From Bilabrum cf. latius (lineage: Eukaryota), in assembly GCA_965178125.1 (NCBI GenBank), contig OZ237737.1, positions 930,001-994,000 of the forward strand: a DNA stretch of 64,000 nucleotides, read 5' to 3'. The translations under genes were made by a program, and so were the position numbers. The notes under the pieces are model-generated. The model did not search any database and was not told the DNA's origin. It saw only the letters and a program-made list of their open reading frames with translations. Position 1 is the stretch's first letter. Each line of letters begins with the position of its first letter. Shown here piece by piece: positions 37,347 through 49,200 of this stretch.

Positions 37347-39987
37347 TTAGTCCCCTGAATCGTGCTCCACGGCAACCTGCGCAGCAGGAATTACGTCGTG
37401 GAAATGCTCAAAGTCAACCACGGGCCTGCCGTCGTCATCCGGACGCACGCAAGGACCAAGCTCCATGTTCCACCTGAGATCGTCCACACAGTAGCTGTGC
37501 CTCGCCTGTGTCGTGTCGCTGGTCACCGCGTCGATCCCCTCCACCATCACGATCACTTCTAGTCTGGACTCGGACCAGAATCGGCGTATGTCCTCCCACG
37601 ACTAGCCCAGCACGTCTCGTCGCAACTAGCCGATAGCAGCACCCCCGTGTTGCCCCGACGGCTTGCTCAATCCACCATCTTCTCCGCGCGCATGCCCATC
37701 AGTGCGCGAGTGGCCTCTCCCGCCATTTCCAATTCGTTCGCTTACGACAGCTCGAAGCGTTCCATCGCCTGGCGAATGAAGCCCATTTTGTTCATGTCGC
37801 GCCCCGAGCCCAGCCCTTGCTGATTCTGTCCTAGACACAACATCCACTGCGGCCCGGTGCCTTGAAGCCTCGCTGGCCGACCTGTCTCGCTCACCCGCCT
37901 TTCCACTCACCGAGCTCGTGCCAGGCTGCACCGGCACGGGGTGCAAGGCACTGTCCGCGGTGTTGAGCGCGGGCAGGTGCGCAGTTGTCAACGCGTCTGG
38001 ACCGGCGGAGTGGTTCGATCCCACCCCTGCCGCAACGGCAGCCTGAGGTACAAACGCAGCCCCCGTGGACCGGTCAGCAGCCCCGAGGGAGTGCTACGAA
38101 GATGCGATGGATCGAACGGACCGCTTTTCCGAGGACTTGGAGCCAACCCTGCTGCGTGGAGCCGGGAGCGGAGCCTCGCCCTCAGGCAGCTGGGGGGGCT
38201 AGTATGGAACTCCTGAACGAGGCGCGATCCCCGCGGCGATGGTGCTGCGCGTACCACAGCGGGGCGAGTTAATGGATCCCGAACCTTGAGGTGTAGGTGG
38301 GGCATCGTTGGCTCGCACCTGTAAGCCTTGCCGGCTCCTGCGTCGCCGAGCAGGCCCCGACCCCGAGCCGCTTTCCACGGTGCCTGCGACGCCAGCTTGC
38401 TTGCTGCTGCCGCGCTGCTCGTCCTCTACCTTGTATTGTTCCATGGCCGACTGCATCCCCGGCACCTGCACGGCTGCATCCGCGCCTAGCTGATCCTCAG
38501 CAGGGGGCACGTCCATGACTTCGACCTGCAGCTCGGAGTCGACCGAGAAGCCCATCAGGCTGGGCTCTGAAGGAAGTCTTCCTCGCCCATCCCGAGCCTC
38601 CTTCTAACGCTGGCGTGCAGACTCCTCCGAACCGAGTCCCTGCGCCCCTCGCACGCGAGCCCTGGCCTGCGCAGCCAAGTCCAACAGGCGCCTCGCCGCG
38701 CCGCGCGGCACGTTGCGGAACCAGTGCCGGCTGTACGACGACTGTACGCCCCCCTCCGCTGCTGCCCGCAATGCAGCCTGCCACTGCTGTGCCCTGAACT
38801 GCAGCGCGGTGGGCAGCGCGGCACCCGGGCGCTGTCCCCGCAGCAGGTCGATCTGGGCCCACGCGTCCAGGTAGGCTCTGGTGGGCAGCAGCGGGGACCT
38901 GGGGTTGGTGCGGTCGGTTGCAACCGGTAGCATGCAGTGCGTGACCGTGTGTGGGATGGCAAGGAACAGCATCCCACCCAGTTCGTCATCCGGCGAGTGG
39001 ACGCGGATCTAATGGGTCTCAAAGTAGCGCACAGGCCTGCCAGCATCTGCGACGTCGTGCCTGACCACCACCATCCGGACGTGGGCTTCGGACAGCTGGT
39101 GGCTCTGCAGCTCCGCCACTCGGAACTGGAAGGCCAGGAGGCCTCCCACGGGGCGCACCACGGCGTGCTTGGAGAAGAGCACAGTGGCTCCTCTCGCCTC
39201 TGCCCTTGACAGCCTGTCGTAGATGATCCCGATCGCGATGGCATCCGCGATGGTGGATAGAACGGATTGCAACGAAATCAGAATTGCCATAGAGACGCAA
39301 CCTCTGCGATGGCAAGCAGTAGCGGTTCAGAGACATGCTACAGTTTGAAAGCAGGTGGGTTTTCAGCTGGGTCAACCTACGCGGAACCGGCAGATTCCAA
39401 GCCTCACCCAAAGTAGTAGTCTCGCGCTCCATATCTGCAGGTAAATCAAGTGTAGCAAGTCATAGTGATTGCCACGGTTTCATACATACGGTTCTTGCCA
39501 GTTGAGAGCGGTGGTTCTGCTCACCCAATTGTCATCGCAGTGAATGTCGAGAACTGAAATGCCTTGTTGAACCTGCAAGCGCCGAAACCCGGGCGGTCGA
39601 GTGCGAAATTATGCAGCTGAGTCTGAATAAGCACACACATGATCCGAGCGTAGCCAACTCTCACGTGTCGAAGTCGGTATCACACTGTTCACCATAGTAA
39701 GCATCAATCAGGCGGTATGGGGCGGCAAAACCCAGAAATATAAGGTAATAGATGGACGCCACAATCAAAAATAGCAGAGCCATGGGCTGTGCAACGATCG
39801 TATGAAAGAAATCAGTGAAAAGTACCGTTTTCAATGGATTGAGTTGCTAGGGGGCAAGAATGCTATTCCCATTCGAAACAACTCTGGTTGAATCCTTAGA
39901 TTCGTGCTCCGTCATGATATATGTGTTGTATCTAATATTCGCTTGGGACAACAAAGGCGTCCGAGCAGTCTGAGGCCCCAAGTCCAT
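37347..39987 (-). CDS. Inward-rectifier potassium channel (Kir/IRK family), ~784 aa, with a large low-complexity insertion in the cytoplasmic domain; 3 introns; 7 in-frame TAG
   Basis: M1 region TDFFHTIV...FLGFAAPY; pore AFQFSTFTAMTIGYG after splicing; M2 ILISLQSVL...; then VLFSKHAVV, FQFRVA, PHTVTH..SPL and C-terminal EVIVMVEGIDAVTSDTTQARHSY...W...VDFEHFH. Introns at 39573..39664, 39435..39524 and 39304..39407 (spliced length 2355 nt). TAGs at 39847, 39009, 38604, 38199, 38094, 37626 and 37602. Stop is TAA at 37347, immediately followed by TGA. Confidence 0.9.
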
Positions 39988-40283
39988 CAACAAGGGTGTC
40001 GACCAGATCCAAAGCAGATTTTCTCAATAGTAACGAGCAGCTTCACATTCCGTTGAGCTTTTCCTTTCACCGAGCTTTGTCGTTCTGTTTTGACGGTTTT
40101 TGGCGTAGACTTGTGAGATTCTGATATAAATAATTCAATGTATGGAATGCAGCCGAATGGTAGTGACTTTCTTGTTTTTGCGGGTACTTGGTCCCAGGTT
40201 GTGCTCATGCTTGTGTTACCGCTTCCATCGCAGCGTCACACAGATTTCACAGTCCAAATTAACGGCATTAAATAATTCACATA
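39988..40283. promoter_or_regulatory. Short head-to-head intergenic region, a putative bidirectional promoter (Kir / dynein heavy chain)
   Basis: Only 296 bp separate the predicted divergent ATGs. The region is AT-rich and includes tataaataa near 40125. Confidence 0.4.
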
Positions 40284-43200
40284 ATGGAGGACTCAAGGAT
40301 GTCCTGGAGAGCCCGGGTCGACACAAACGACTTGGTAACATCTCCCACAGGCCGAAAGAGTCGAGCCACAGGAGGCAGAGCATCACGAGCCGACACGGAA
40401 GAGGCGCCCCGAGTTATTCGTTTGCCGGGTTCCTCGTCTGCTTTAGGAGGTACTGGTCTTGCAGCTTCGGCCTCTGGGCGTGGGTCTGCAGCTCCTTCCG
40501 AGGGCAAGACCAAAGGTGCAGCAGCGGCGGCATTCTCGCCTCTTGCCGTATTTCCATCGCCGCTCACCGCACACCACGTAGGGACAGTGCAAGACATTCT
40601 CTCAAGAACCTATGCCAAGAGTGGTGATGGAACGTTCGACACGCCGAGCGACAGAATCGGCCGAAACTACACTCTCACGGCCCAAGGCCTGTCCATGAAG
40701 CAACTGCGGAAGCACTTGGCTGCCATCCAGCGAGGAGGACATTCTCTCAACGCGGTGGGCCCTGCGGGAGCCGACGCAGCACCCCGAGATCGTACCGGCC
40801 GCCAGTCGGCAGCAGCAGCAGCCGAATCGAAAGAGGCTGGTGCAGCAGCAGTTTCAAGGGGGGGCAGCTCCATGGCACGGCTGGCATCCTCGAGTTCAGC
40901 TGCCACGCTTGGTGCCTCCAGGCGGACAGGATCCCGGGCTGCGGCGGGACCACGACTTATGAAGACCCTGCTGCCGCCGCTATCCTCCTCCAAAGTAAGG
41001 AAAGCGGCAGCCGTCGCCCGCGCCACGCCGGGTGGTGCCACTTTAGACGCCGTGAGCATAGCCTCGCTGCAGGCAGAGGACGCCAAGCACGAGGCAATCG
41101 GGGCTGCCACGGGAACGAGGGCGAACAAGAAAAAGAAAGGGGGTCGAGTCGGTCTGCTTGACCTGAAGCCAGAGCTCGGTGCGCAGAGTGGCGGCCGTTC
41201 GACCGGCGCGAACCTCCCGCTGCCGCCAGTGCGAACACCCCGGTCTGCCGAGGAGGCCATGGGTGCTGCTATCGATCTGTACTGGCGGGTGGTAGAGACC
41301 ATCTCGAACGACTCCGAGTTCCCGGAGATGCGCAGGGAGTGGGAAGACGGTATTCTGGACCGACTCGGCGTGTCCGAGGGCGTCTCCCGCATATGGGACA
41401 TCCAGCACGGCGGGCCCGGGGCCTTCGCAGACGGCGACGACGGAGCTGTGTCGGCGGGAGAGGTAGCGGCCGGGTTACCAGTCCAGCAGCACCAGGCCTA
41501 GAACCACCTCGTCCTGAATCCGCACACTGGACAGGCTACGCTGGCCACCGGCCGAAGCCCTGCCGCCATTGTTGAGCACCTCTTTCGGGAAACGGAGGCG
41601 CTGTACTACCAGACGCTCCGCAGGAATCTTCTGGACTACGATCTCAAGTCAAGCAGCCCCAGGATGCACCACGGGATTGAGCTGCACGCGATCGATTCAT
41701 CCAGGTACGTGCACCCAGGCGCAGCCACTGCCGAGAAGCTGGGGATCCGCCGAGCGGCAGTGGCGCTTGCGGGAAGACGCCTCTCGAAGCGCCTTTTTGT
41801 CACAGAACCGCTTCAGCAGTAGCTTGTGGACATATGGTTTGACCCAGCCACGTCTTTCTGCCGCTCTCGCATGGTCCCGATGCTGGAGGCCGAGTTCAGG
41901 GGCTCTCTACCAGCCACCCTGGACGAATTCCTCTCATCAGTTCGAGAGGCAGTGGACGGACAGTACAACATGCTGCGGACGCAGTGGCACAAACCATCGG
42001 TGGAAGCAGTCGCGAGCTTCATGCTTGAGCTGAAGGAGGCCGAAGGAGACGCCACGAAAGGTGCCAAGGGGTTCGGCAGGGCAGCTGGCGCCACGCTCGC
42101 CGAGAAACAGAGGCCGATGAGCTGGAGAGTGCGTCGCGTATGGAGGCAAAGCCGGGACTTTACTCGCTACCACCGCAGACTCGAAGACATCGGCCTGTGG
42201 CACGCGCAAAAATTCCGCGAATTTCTGGAGAAGCAGGCCTCGCCGCACTTGGGCGAGCGTGCTGCGTTGGGGGCGGGCCAGGGTGCCTCGTTGCGACGGG
42301 CTGACGGGTCGCCGAAGCGACGGCGGCTGCCGCCACTGCCACACAGCGCTGAGGAGGCTGCCCGCGTCGCTGCCAATCTTGATATGACCATGGGTCCCCA
42401 GTTTGCTCCAAAGCACAGCGCTGCTGCCGAAGCAGGCCGCAAGGCGCAGCACGAAGAGGCCCTTGCCGGCAAGCTGGCCACTATCCGAGGCAGAGAGGGC
42501 GGCAAGCTGTACACGCATGATACGACCGAGGGTCGCCTGCAGAAGATCGAGAAGCGGATTGGCGCGCGCGCCGGCATTCGCCTGGACAAGGCGCTTCCGC
42601 CTCACTTGCAAGACAGCCATGGTGCGAGGAGCCCGGGCGCTACTGCGCTGGCTCTGCAGTCACCCACGAGGGGGCACGGAGGGGCGGGTGGTCATGAAAG
42701 GACTGGCTTTGGGGCTGGAAGCTTGATGGAAGGTTCCATGCGAAGCACCTTTGACGCTGACGCAGGCGCCCTCATCCCTCCCCTGGCTGGGGTGTTCGAC
42801 GATGAGCAGAACCCCGGTGCGATGGGGCTTGAGGCGCAGCTGGACCTCGGCTCCACGGCCGCGTACCGATTGGACGGAACACTCGATGCTGCCGCCCAGC
42901 TCATGTCTCGCATGCTGCGCGGCCAGGTATTTCGAACCATCGCCGCCTTAACGACGTTCTTCCGGGAGTACTCGTACGAGGCGCTCGAGGCAGTGCGGCA
43001 GGAGGGCGCCGGTGACATTGCCAATGTAGCAGCCGTTGGTGGGGTTGGGGAAGGAAAAGAGGGCGATGGGGCTGGTAGTGCACCAGAAGGAGGACCAAGT
43101 GCACGTCATGCGGCCAAAGAGGAGAGCATCTAGCGCCTCCCCGAGGCCTCGAGCTGCCGGCCAGTGATCAAGCTGAGCATAGTTCTTGAGTACGGCATGG

Positions 43201-46200
43201 GCAGCATGGATGCTGGCGTGCCGCAAGCGGAAGGCGATGATGGGTTGGGCGGTGGCGAGTCATCCGTGGAGTTGCAGGAGGGCAGTGCGACGGATGATGA
43301 TAGCTCTTCTGCGAGCAGTGCGGCTGGCGAGGCAGAGGAAGGCGCTGCGCAGGAGGCTTCGGTTGAGGACGGTGGAGCCGAGGCCATCAAGGCCGGGCCC
43401 GAGCGACGACCTCCTATCACAGAAGTGAATCTGAACGGCACGCCAGACCGGGGCATAACACTCCGAAACGTCTGGGCTGGTGATGTGTCGGTCCACTTGT
43501 CGCCAAGCCCCGCCGACGTCGAGGCTGCCTTGCAGCAGCTGGCCCTCGTCTCTATCGAGGCAACGCAGGGCTTCCCGAGAGCAGAGGAAGAGATCAAGAC
43601 ATTTGCCTCGAAGGATGACGAAGAGGACGATGGCGCCGAAGCGGAAGCAGAAACGCAGCATCAGAGGCGGCTGCGTCGACTGCAGCGGGCCGGAGCAATC
43701 AGCAGTGGCGACGAGGAAATTCACCACATGTTGCTCAACGGCGATGTGCACGGCGCTGCGGCAGATTCTGGCGCTGGGATTTAGCCGCAGGTTTTGCAGA
43801 CCGTGCTTGCCTCCCATGACAGTGTGCAGGAGTGCTTGGCAGCTGTGCGCGAAGCCGTGCGCGCTGCTGCTCCTGCAGCCGAGGCCATTCGGAACCGCTT
43901 TGTTCCATTTGCCGACGAGCTTTTCAGCGCCGACGAGAAGTCGCGCTTGCTGCACGAGGCAATGGACTCGGACAACACCGCGAAGCACTTCTTGCAGGAG
44001 ATTCGAAAGCTCACCAAGGTGAGTGACGAGCTGTCTCGGTGCTGCCTCAACATCGAGACGCATCCGTTCTTCGAGATTGATTGCTCGTTGATCAAGCAGC
44101 AGCTCAGGTCGAGGTGCAGGCTGCTAGCCACTGCATTCTTGCGCACCCTCAAGGCCAGTGCGATGGCGAGCTGCGACGTCTGTAACGATCGGTTTGCGTA
44201 TCTGGACAAGCGCCTTCGGTACAAGCCCGTCGATTCTGAGGAACTGGTGTAGCACCGCGAATTTGCTCAGAAAGTCCCTGATGATGTTGTTGCGCTGGAA
44301 GAGTAGGTTTAGGGTAGATAGGGTATCTGTGACAGCTTTCGAGCGATCCATAGCGGTGGCATGCAGGTGGAGTATCTCCCGTCTCAGCCTGGCGCACCTG
44401 GCGCCTTTGGTCCTGAAGGAGTGCGACCAGCAGCTTTGCAACGACGGGGCGCGGGCGCAATCGCCGCCGGCTCGCCTGGGCACGGTGACGCTGGCATGGA
44501 CCCTGCGGCTATGCTTCTAGTGCCGCTCAAATTCACCAGGGACGAGATGGCTAGGGTTTACGACCTTCTCACCTGGCCCGCGCGGATAGCAGCGTCGCGT
44601 GAGGTCGCGAACGACACCTTGAACGCGCACAAGAAGGAGCAGCTCGAGAAGCTTGAGGTGGCAATCAATGACCACGAGAAGGTGATCAGCGATTGCCAAT
44701 CGTAGATCAAGGCTCTCAACGACGAAGGGTCGCCAGAGCGCGTGGTGGAGATCACGCAGCGCATCAAGCAGCTGGACAATACCTTGGAGGTGTGTCTTGA
44801 TCGCAGCGACGAGCTCAATCGAGAGAAGGAGCTGCTCGACCTTGAGGTAGTGGATTGGGCTACGGGGATCAACGAGTCGCGCGAGTAGCTCGGACCGCAC
44901 CAGCGGCTGTGGGACGGCGTCAAGCAGTACCTGGACAAGAAGCGGGTATGGTACAGCGAGCCGCTGCTCAAGAACAGCCCGGAGGAAGCTGACAAGGACG
45001 CGGAAGGCTGCAAGGGCGCCGCTGCCAGGAGCGAAAGGGAGCTGCCGGAGGAGGCCGAGAAGCCCAAGGCTGTAGCCGCTCTCATCAAGAAAGAGGCCCA
45101 AGGCTTCATCCGGGACCACCTGCCGCTGCTCACCTTGCTTGCCAACCCTGGCCTGCGCGAGCGGCACTGGGACGAGATGGCCGAGACTGTAGGCAAGCCA
45201 CTGCCTCACAGCGACCAGTCAACCCTGCAGGACATGATACGATTGGAGCTCGACAAGAGCGCAGACGCAATTGAAGAGACCTGCGTGAATGCGAGCAAGG
45301 AGTACTCTCTGGAGAAGGCACTGGACCGCATGCAAGAAGAGTGGGCCCCGCTTGAGATCGAGCTCAAATCCCACAAGGACACGGGCACGTTCATCCTCAC
45401 GGGATCGAGCGCTGATGAGGTGCAAGCACTCTTGGATGACCATATTGTGAAAGCACAGACCATGGGAGCTTCTCGGTACGCGAAGCCGCTGCTGGGACGA
45501 ATCCAAGAATGGGTTGCTGCGCTGACCGAGATTCAGAACGTGCTGGATGCCTGGATCAAGGTGCAGTAGCAGTGGCTGTACCTTGAGCCCATTTTCTCCT
45601 CGGATGACATCATGAAGCAGATGCCCGAGGAAGGCAAGCGCTTTAAGATAGTGGACAGCACGTGGCGAGGCATGATGCAAGGCGCTCAGAAGGATTTGCG
45701 GGCTTTGCAGGCCATGCGATAGGAAGGGCTTGAGAAGCGACTGGAGGAGGCCAACCATCTCCTGGACCTGATCGGCAAGGGCCTGAACTTCTACCTCGAG
45801 CAGAAACGCCTATACTTCCCTCGCTTCTTCTTTTTGTCGAATGACGAGCTGCTGGAGATCCTTGCCGAGACCAAGGACCCGACCCTGGTGCAGCCACACC
45901 TCAAGAAGTGCTTCGAAGGCATCAAGGCACTGGAGTTCACCGACAATCTCGACATCATTGCAATGAAGTCGAGCGAGGGCGAGCGCGTTGAGTTGGAGCA
46001 AGTTACCGAGGGCAAGAACATGAACCCGAACGACGCGGGCGGTAACGTGGAGATCTGGTTGGACTGGATTGAGACTTCAATGCGCAAGTCGGTGGCTCGT
46101 GTCATCGATGAGGCCTGTGCGACGTATTCTGACGAGAATAGGACTGAGTGGTGCGTATCTCACCCGGGGCAGGCAGTCCTTGCCGGTTCACAGACATTCT

Positions 46201-49200
46201 GGACTTTAGGCGTGGAGACCGCACTTCGCGATGGAGGAGCTGCTGGACTGGCCGAATACAGCGAGAAGTTGGCCGGACAGATCAAGGACATCATCCTCAA
46301 GGTGCGAGGAGACCTCTCCAAGCTGGAACGCAAGACCCTGTCGGCCTTGACAGTGCTTGACGTGCACGCTCGAGATGTGACCGCTAGCATGGTCAGGAAC
46401 GGCGTCAAGTCTCCCTACGAGTTCGAGTGGAATTCCCAGCTCCGATACTACTGGATGAACGATGGATACTCGGCGAAGAGCGGAAAGCCTGGGTCCCTAG
46501 AGATGCGCATGATCAATGCCGTGCTCAAGTACGCAGGGGAGTACCTTGGCAACAGCGGTCGGCTGGTGATCACGCCCCTTACAGACAGATGCTACCGCAC
46601 TCTTATTGGTGCTATTCATTTGGGCTACGGCGGCGCCCCGGAGGGCCCGGCAGGGACCGGCAAGACCGAGACCACCAAGGACTTGGCCAAGGCAGCTGGC
46701 ATGATGAACATTGTGTACAACTGCTCCGACCAGCTGGATGTGGCTGCTATGGCCAAGTTCTTCAAAGGACTGGCATCAAGTGGCGCCTGGGCATGCTTCG
46801 ATGAGTTTAATCGCATCGACCTCGAGGTGCTTTCAGTGGTCGCACAGCAGGTGCTGGACATCCAGCGTGCCGTGGCGGAGAACAAGGAGCGGTTCGTGTT
46901 CTACGGCACGGAGATCAAATTGACTCCCACAGTGAACGTGTTCATCACCATGAACCCGGGCTACGCTGGTCGGTCCGAGCTGCCAGACAACCTCAAGGCC
47001 TTGTTCCGGTCGGTGGCCATGATGGTACCTGACTACGCGCTAATCGCCGAGATCATCCTGTACTCCTTCGGATACTTGGATGCGAAGTCGATGTCCAGGA
47101 AGATCACTGCTACGTACAAGCTGTGTTCGGAGCAGCTGTCTAGCCAATTTCACTACGATTACGGTATGCGCGCAGTGATGGCAGTGCTTCGAGCAGCCGG
47201 GAATTTGAAGCGGTAGCCCGATAGCAAGGACCTGCCTGAAGACGTGCTAGTTCTGCGGGCGATCGTTGACGTGAACCTTCCCAAGTTCCTCAGCCCAGAC
47301 ATACCCCTGTTCCAGGGCATCGTGAAGGACCTTTTCCCGGGGGTGGAGCTACCTCCACCAGACCGCTCCGAGCTTGAAGGAGCCATCCGAACGGCATGCC
47401 ACGACATGCTGCTCCAGCCCGAGGAGGTCGTGTTAGAGAAGGTGTTTTAGCTGTACGAGATGATGCTTGTTCGCCACGGCTTTATGCTGGTGGGGCTGCC
47501 CTGGTCGGGCAAGACCAAGTGCATGCAGTTGCTCAGCGCAGCCATGCGACAGCTTCACAATAAGGATCCCGAGGATCCCAGGTGGCAGCCGATCCACCTT
47601 GTTGTGATGAATCCCAAGAGCGTCGCAATGAAGAAGCTTTACGGCTACAACGACGAAATCACCAAGGAGTGGACTGATGGCGTGCTCGCGAAGAATTACA
47701 AGGACTGCGCCGGAGGTAAGATCGGTGCGGAAGGAGACCGTCAGTGGGTCGTTTTCGATGGACCGGTGGACGCCATTTGGATCGAAAACATGAACACGGT
47801 ACTGGATGACAACAAGAAGCTCTGCCTGATGAGCGGCTAGATCATTGCCATGACAGACGGCATGTCCATGGTCTTCGAGACGAAGGACCTCGCTGCCGCA
47901 TCCCCTGCCACTGTCTCTCGATGCGGCATGGTCTACCTGGAGCCTCATGTCCTCGGCTGGAAGCCCATCGTACGGTCTTGGCTGGACACTTTGGCAGAAG
48001 GCTGCCATCAGTACCCCTTCAAGCCGGCCCGGCCCTCCGATGCTGAGAGCCAGGCGAAGGCCGAGGCAAGCAAGCAGGAGTGGGAGGAGCGGCTGGCGAG
48101 GGAGGCCAAGGAGAACGCGAGTGGTGGCAAAAAGAAAAAGAAGAAGGGTGGAAGTTCCGCTGGTCTCTTACCCGAAGACCCTCGCGCGTTCACTCTTGCG
48201 CCCGACCAGCAGGAGCTGCTCCAAGGGCTCTTCGACTGGCTCGTGGAGCCGTGCCTCGTGCTGGTGCGCAAAGAGCTAAGCGAGTACTTCCCGACCTAGG
48301 ACACCACTATGGCATGGGCTACTTGCAATTTGCTCGAGTGCACGCTTTCTCAGGTCGCCGAGGCCAAGCTAGGCCTCGCTGATCCGATAACGGGAGATGG
48401 GCTGGACGAAGGCGCACGCAAGTACGTAATCGGGACAGGTCAGCTTGATGGCAAGGCAGAGTTTTCAAACGATGATTTGATCGGGGCCTTTATGTTCTCT
48501 CTCGTGTGGGGCCTTGGTGGCACTCTTACAGCCGAAAGCCGGGAGAAGCTCGACGACTTTGTCCGGAACGCTGTGTCCGATGCCAGCTACCTCAACGACC
48601 ACGCGCTGTCCGTCTTTTATAAGCTCAAGGGCTGGACGGTCCCGGAGGTTGACATGTCAATCAAAGGACCCGCGGCTTTCCCCGGCAAGGAGCTCGTGTA
48701 CGATCACGTGTTCTGCCCGGGAGACACACGGTGGAGGTCCTGGGACTCGTTGCTTCCAAAGGCTGAAATTCCGGCGGGTGCAGAGTTCGGCGACATAATC
48801 GTGCCTACGATTGCCACGCTGCAATTCGACCACATCGTCCCGCTGCTGATGGCAAGAAACAAGGGTGTGCTTGTCTGTGGTCCTACCGGAACTGGTAAGA
48901 GCGTTGCCATGAATAGGTTGGTGATGAAGACCTTGCCAAAGGAGCGGTTCTTGCCTATTGTGGTAGGATTTTCGGCCCAGACGAGCGCCGGCTAGACGTA
49001 GGACCAAGTTGACCAGAAGCTTGACAGGCGACGAAAGGGTGTCTACGGTCCGGCACCAGGCAACAGGGCGATTGTGTTTGTGGACGACCTGAACATGCCA
49101 ATGATCGAGGAGTACGGCGCTCAGCCCCCAATCGAGCTGCTTCGTCAGATGGTTGACAACGGAGGTTGGTATAACCTGGAAGACAACACGTTCATGCAGC

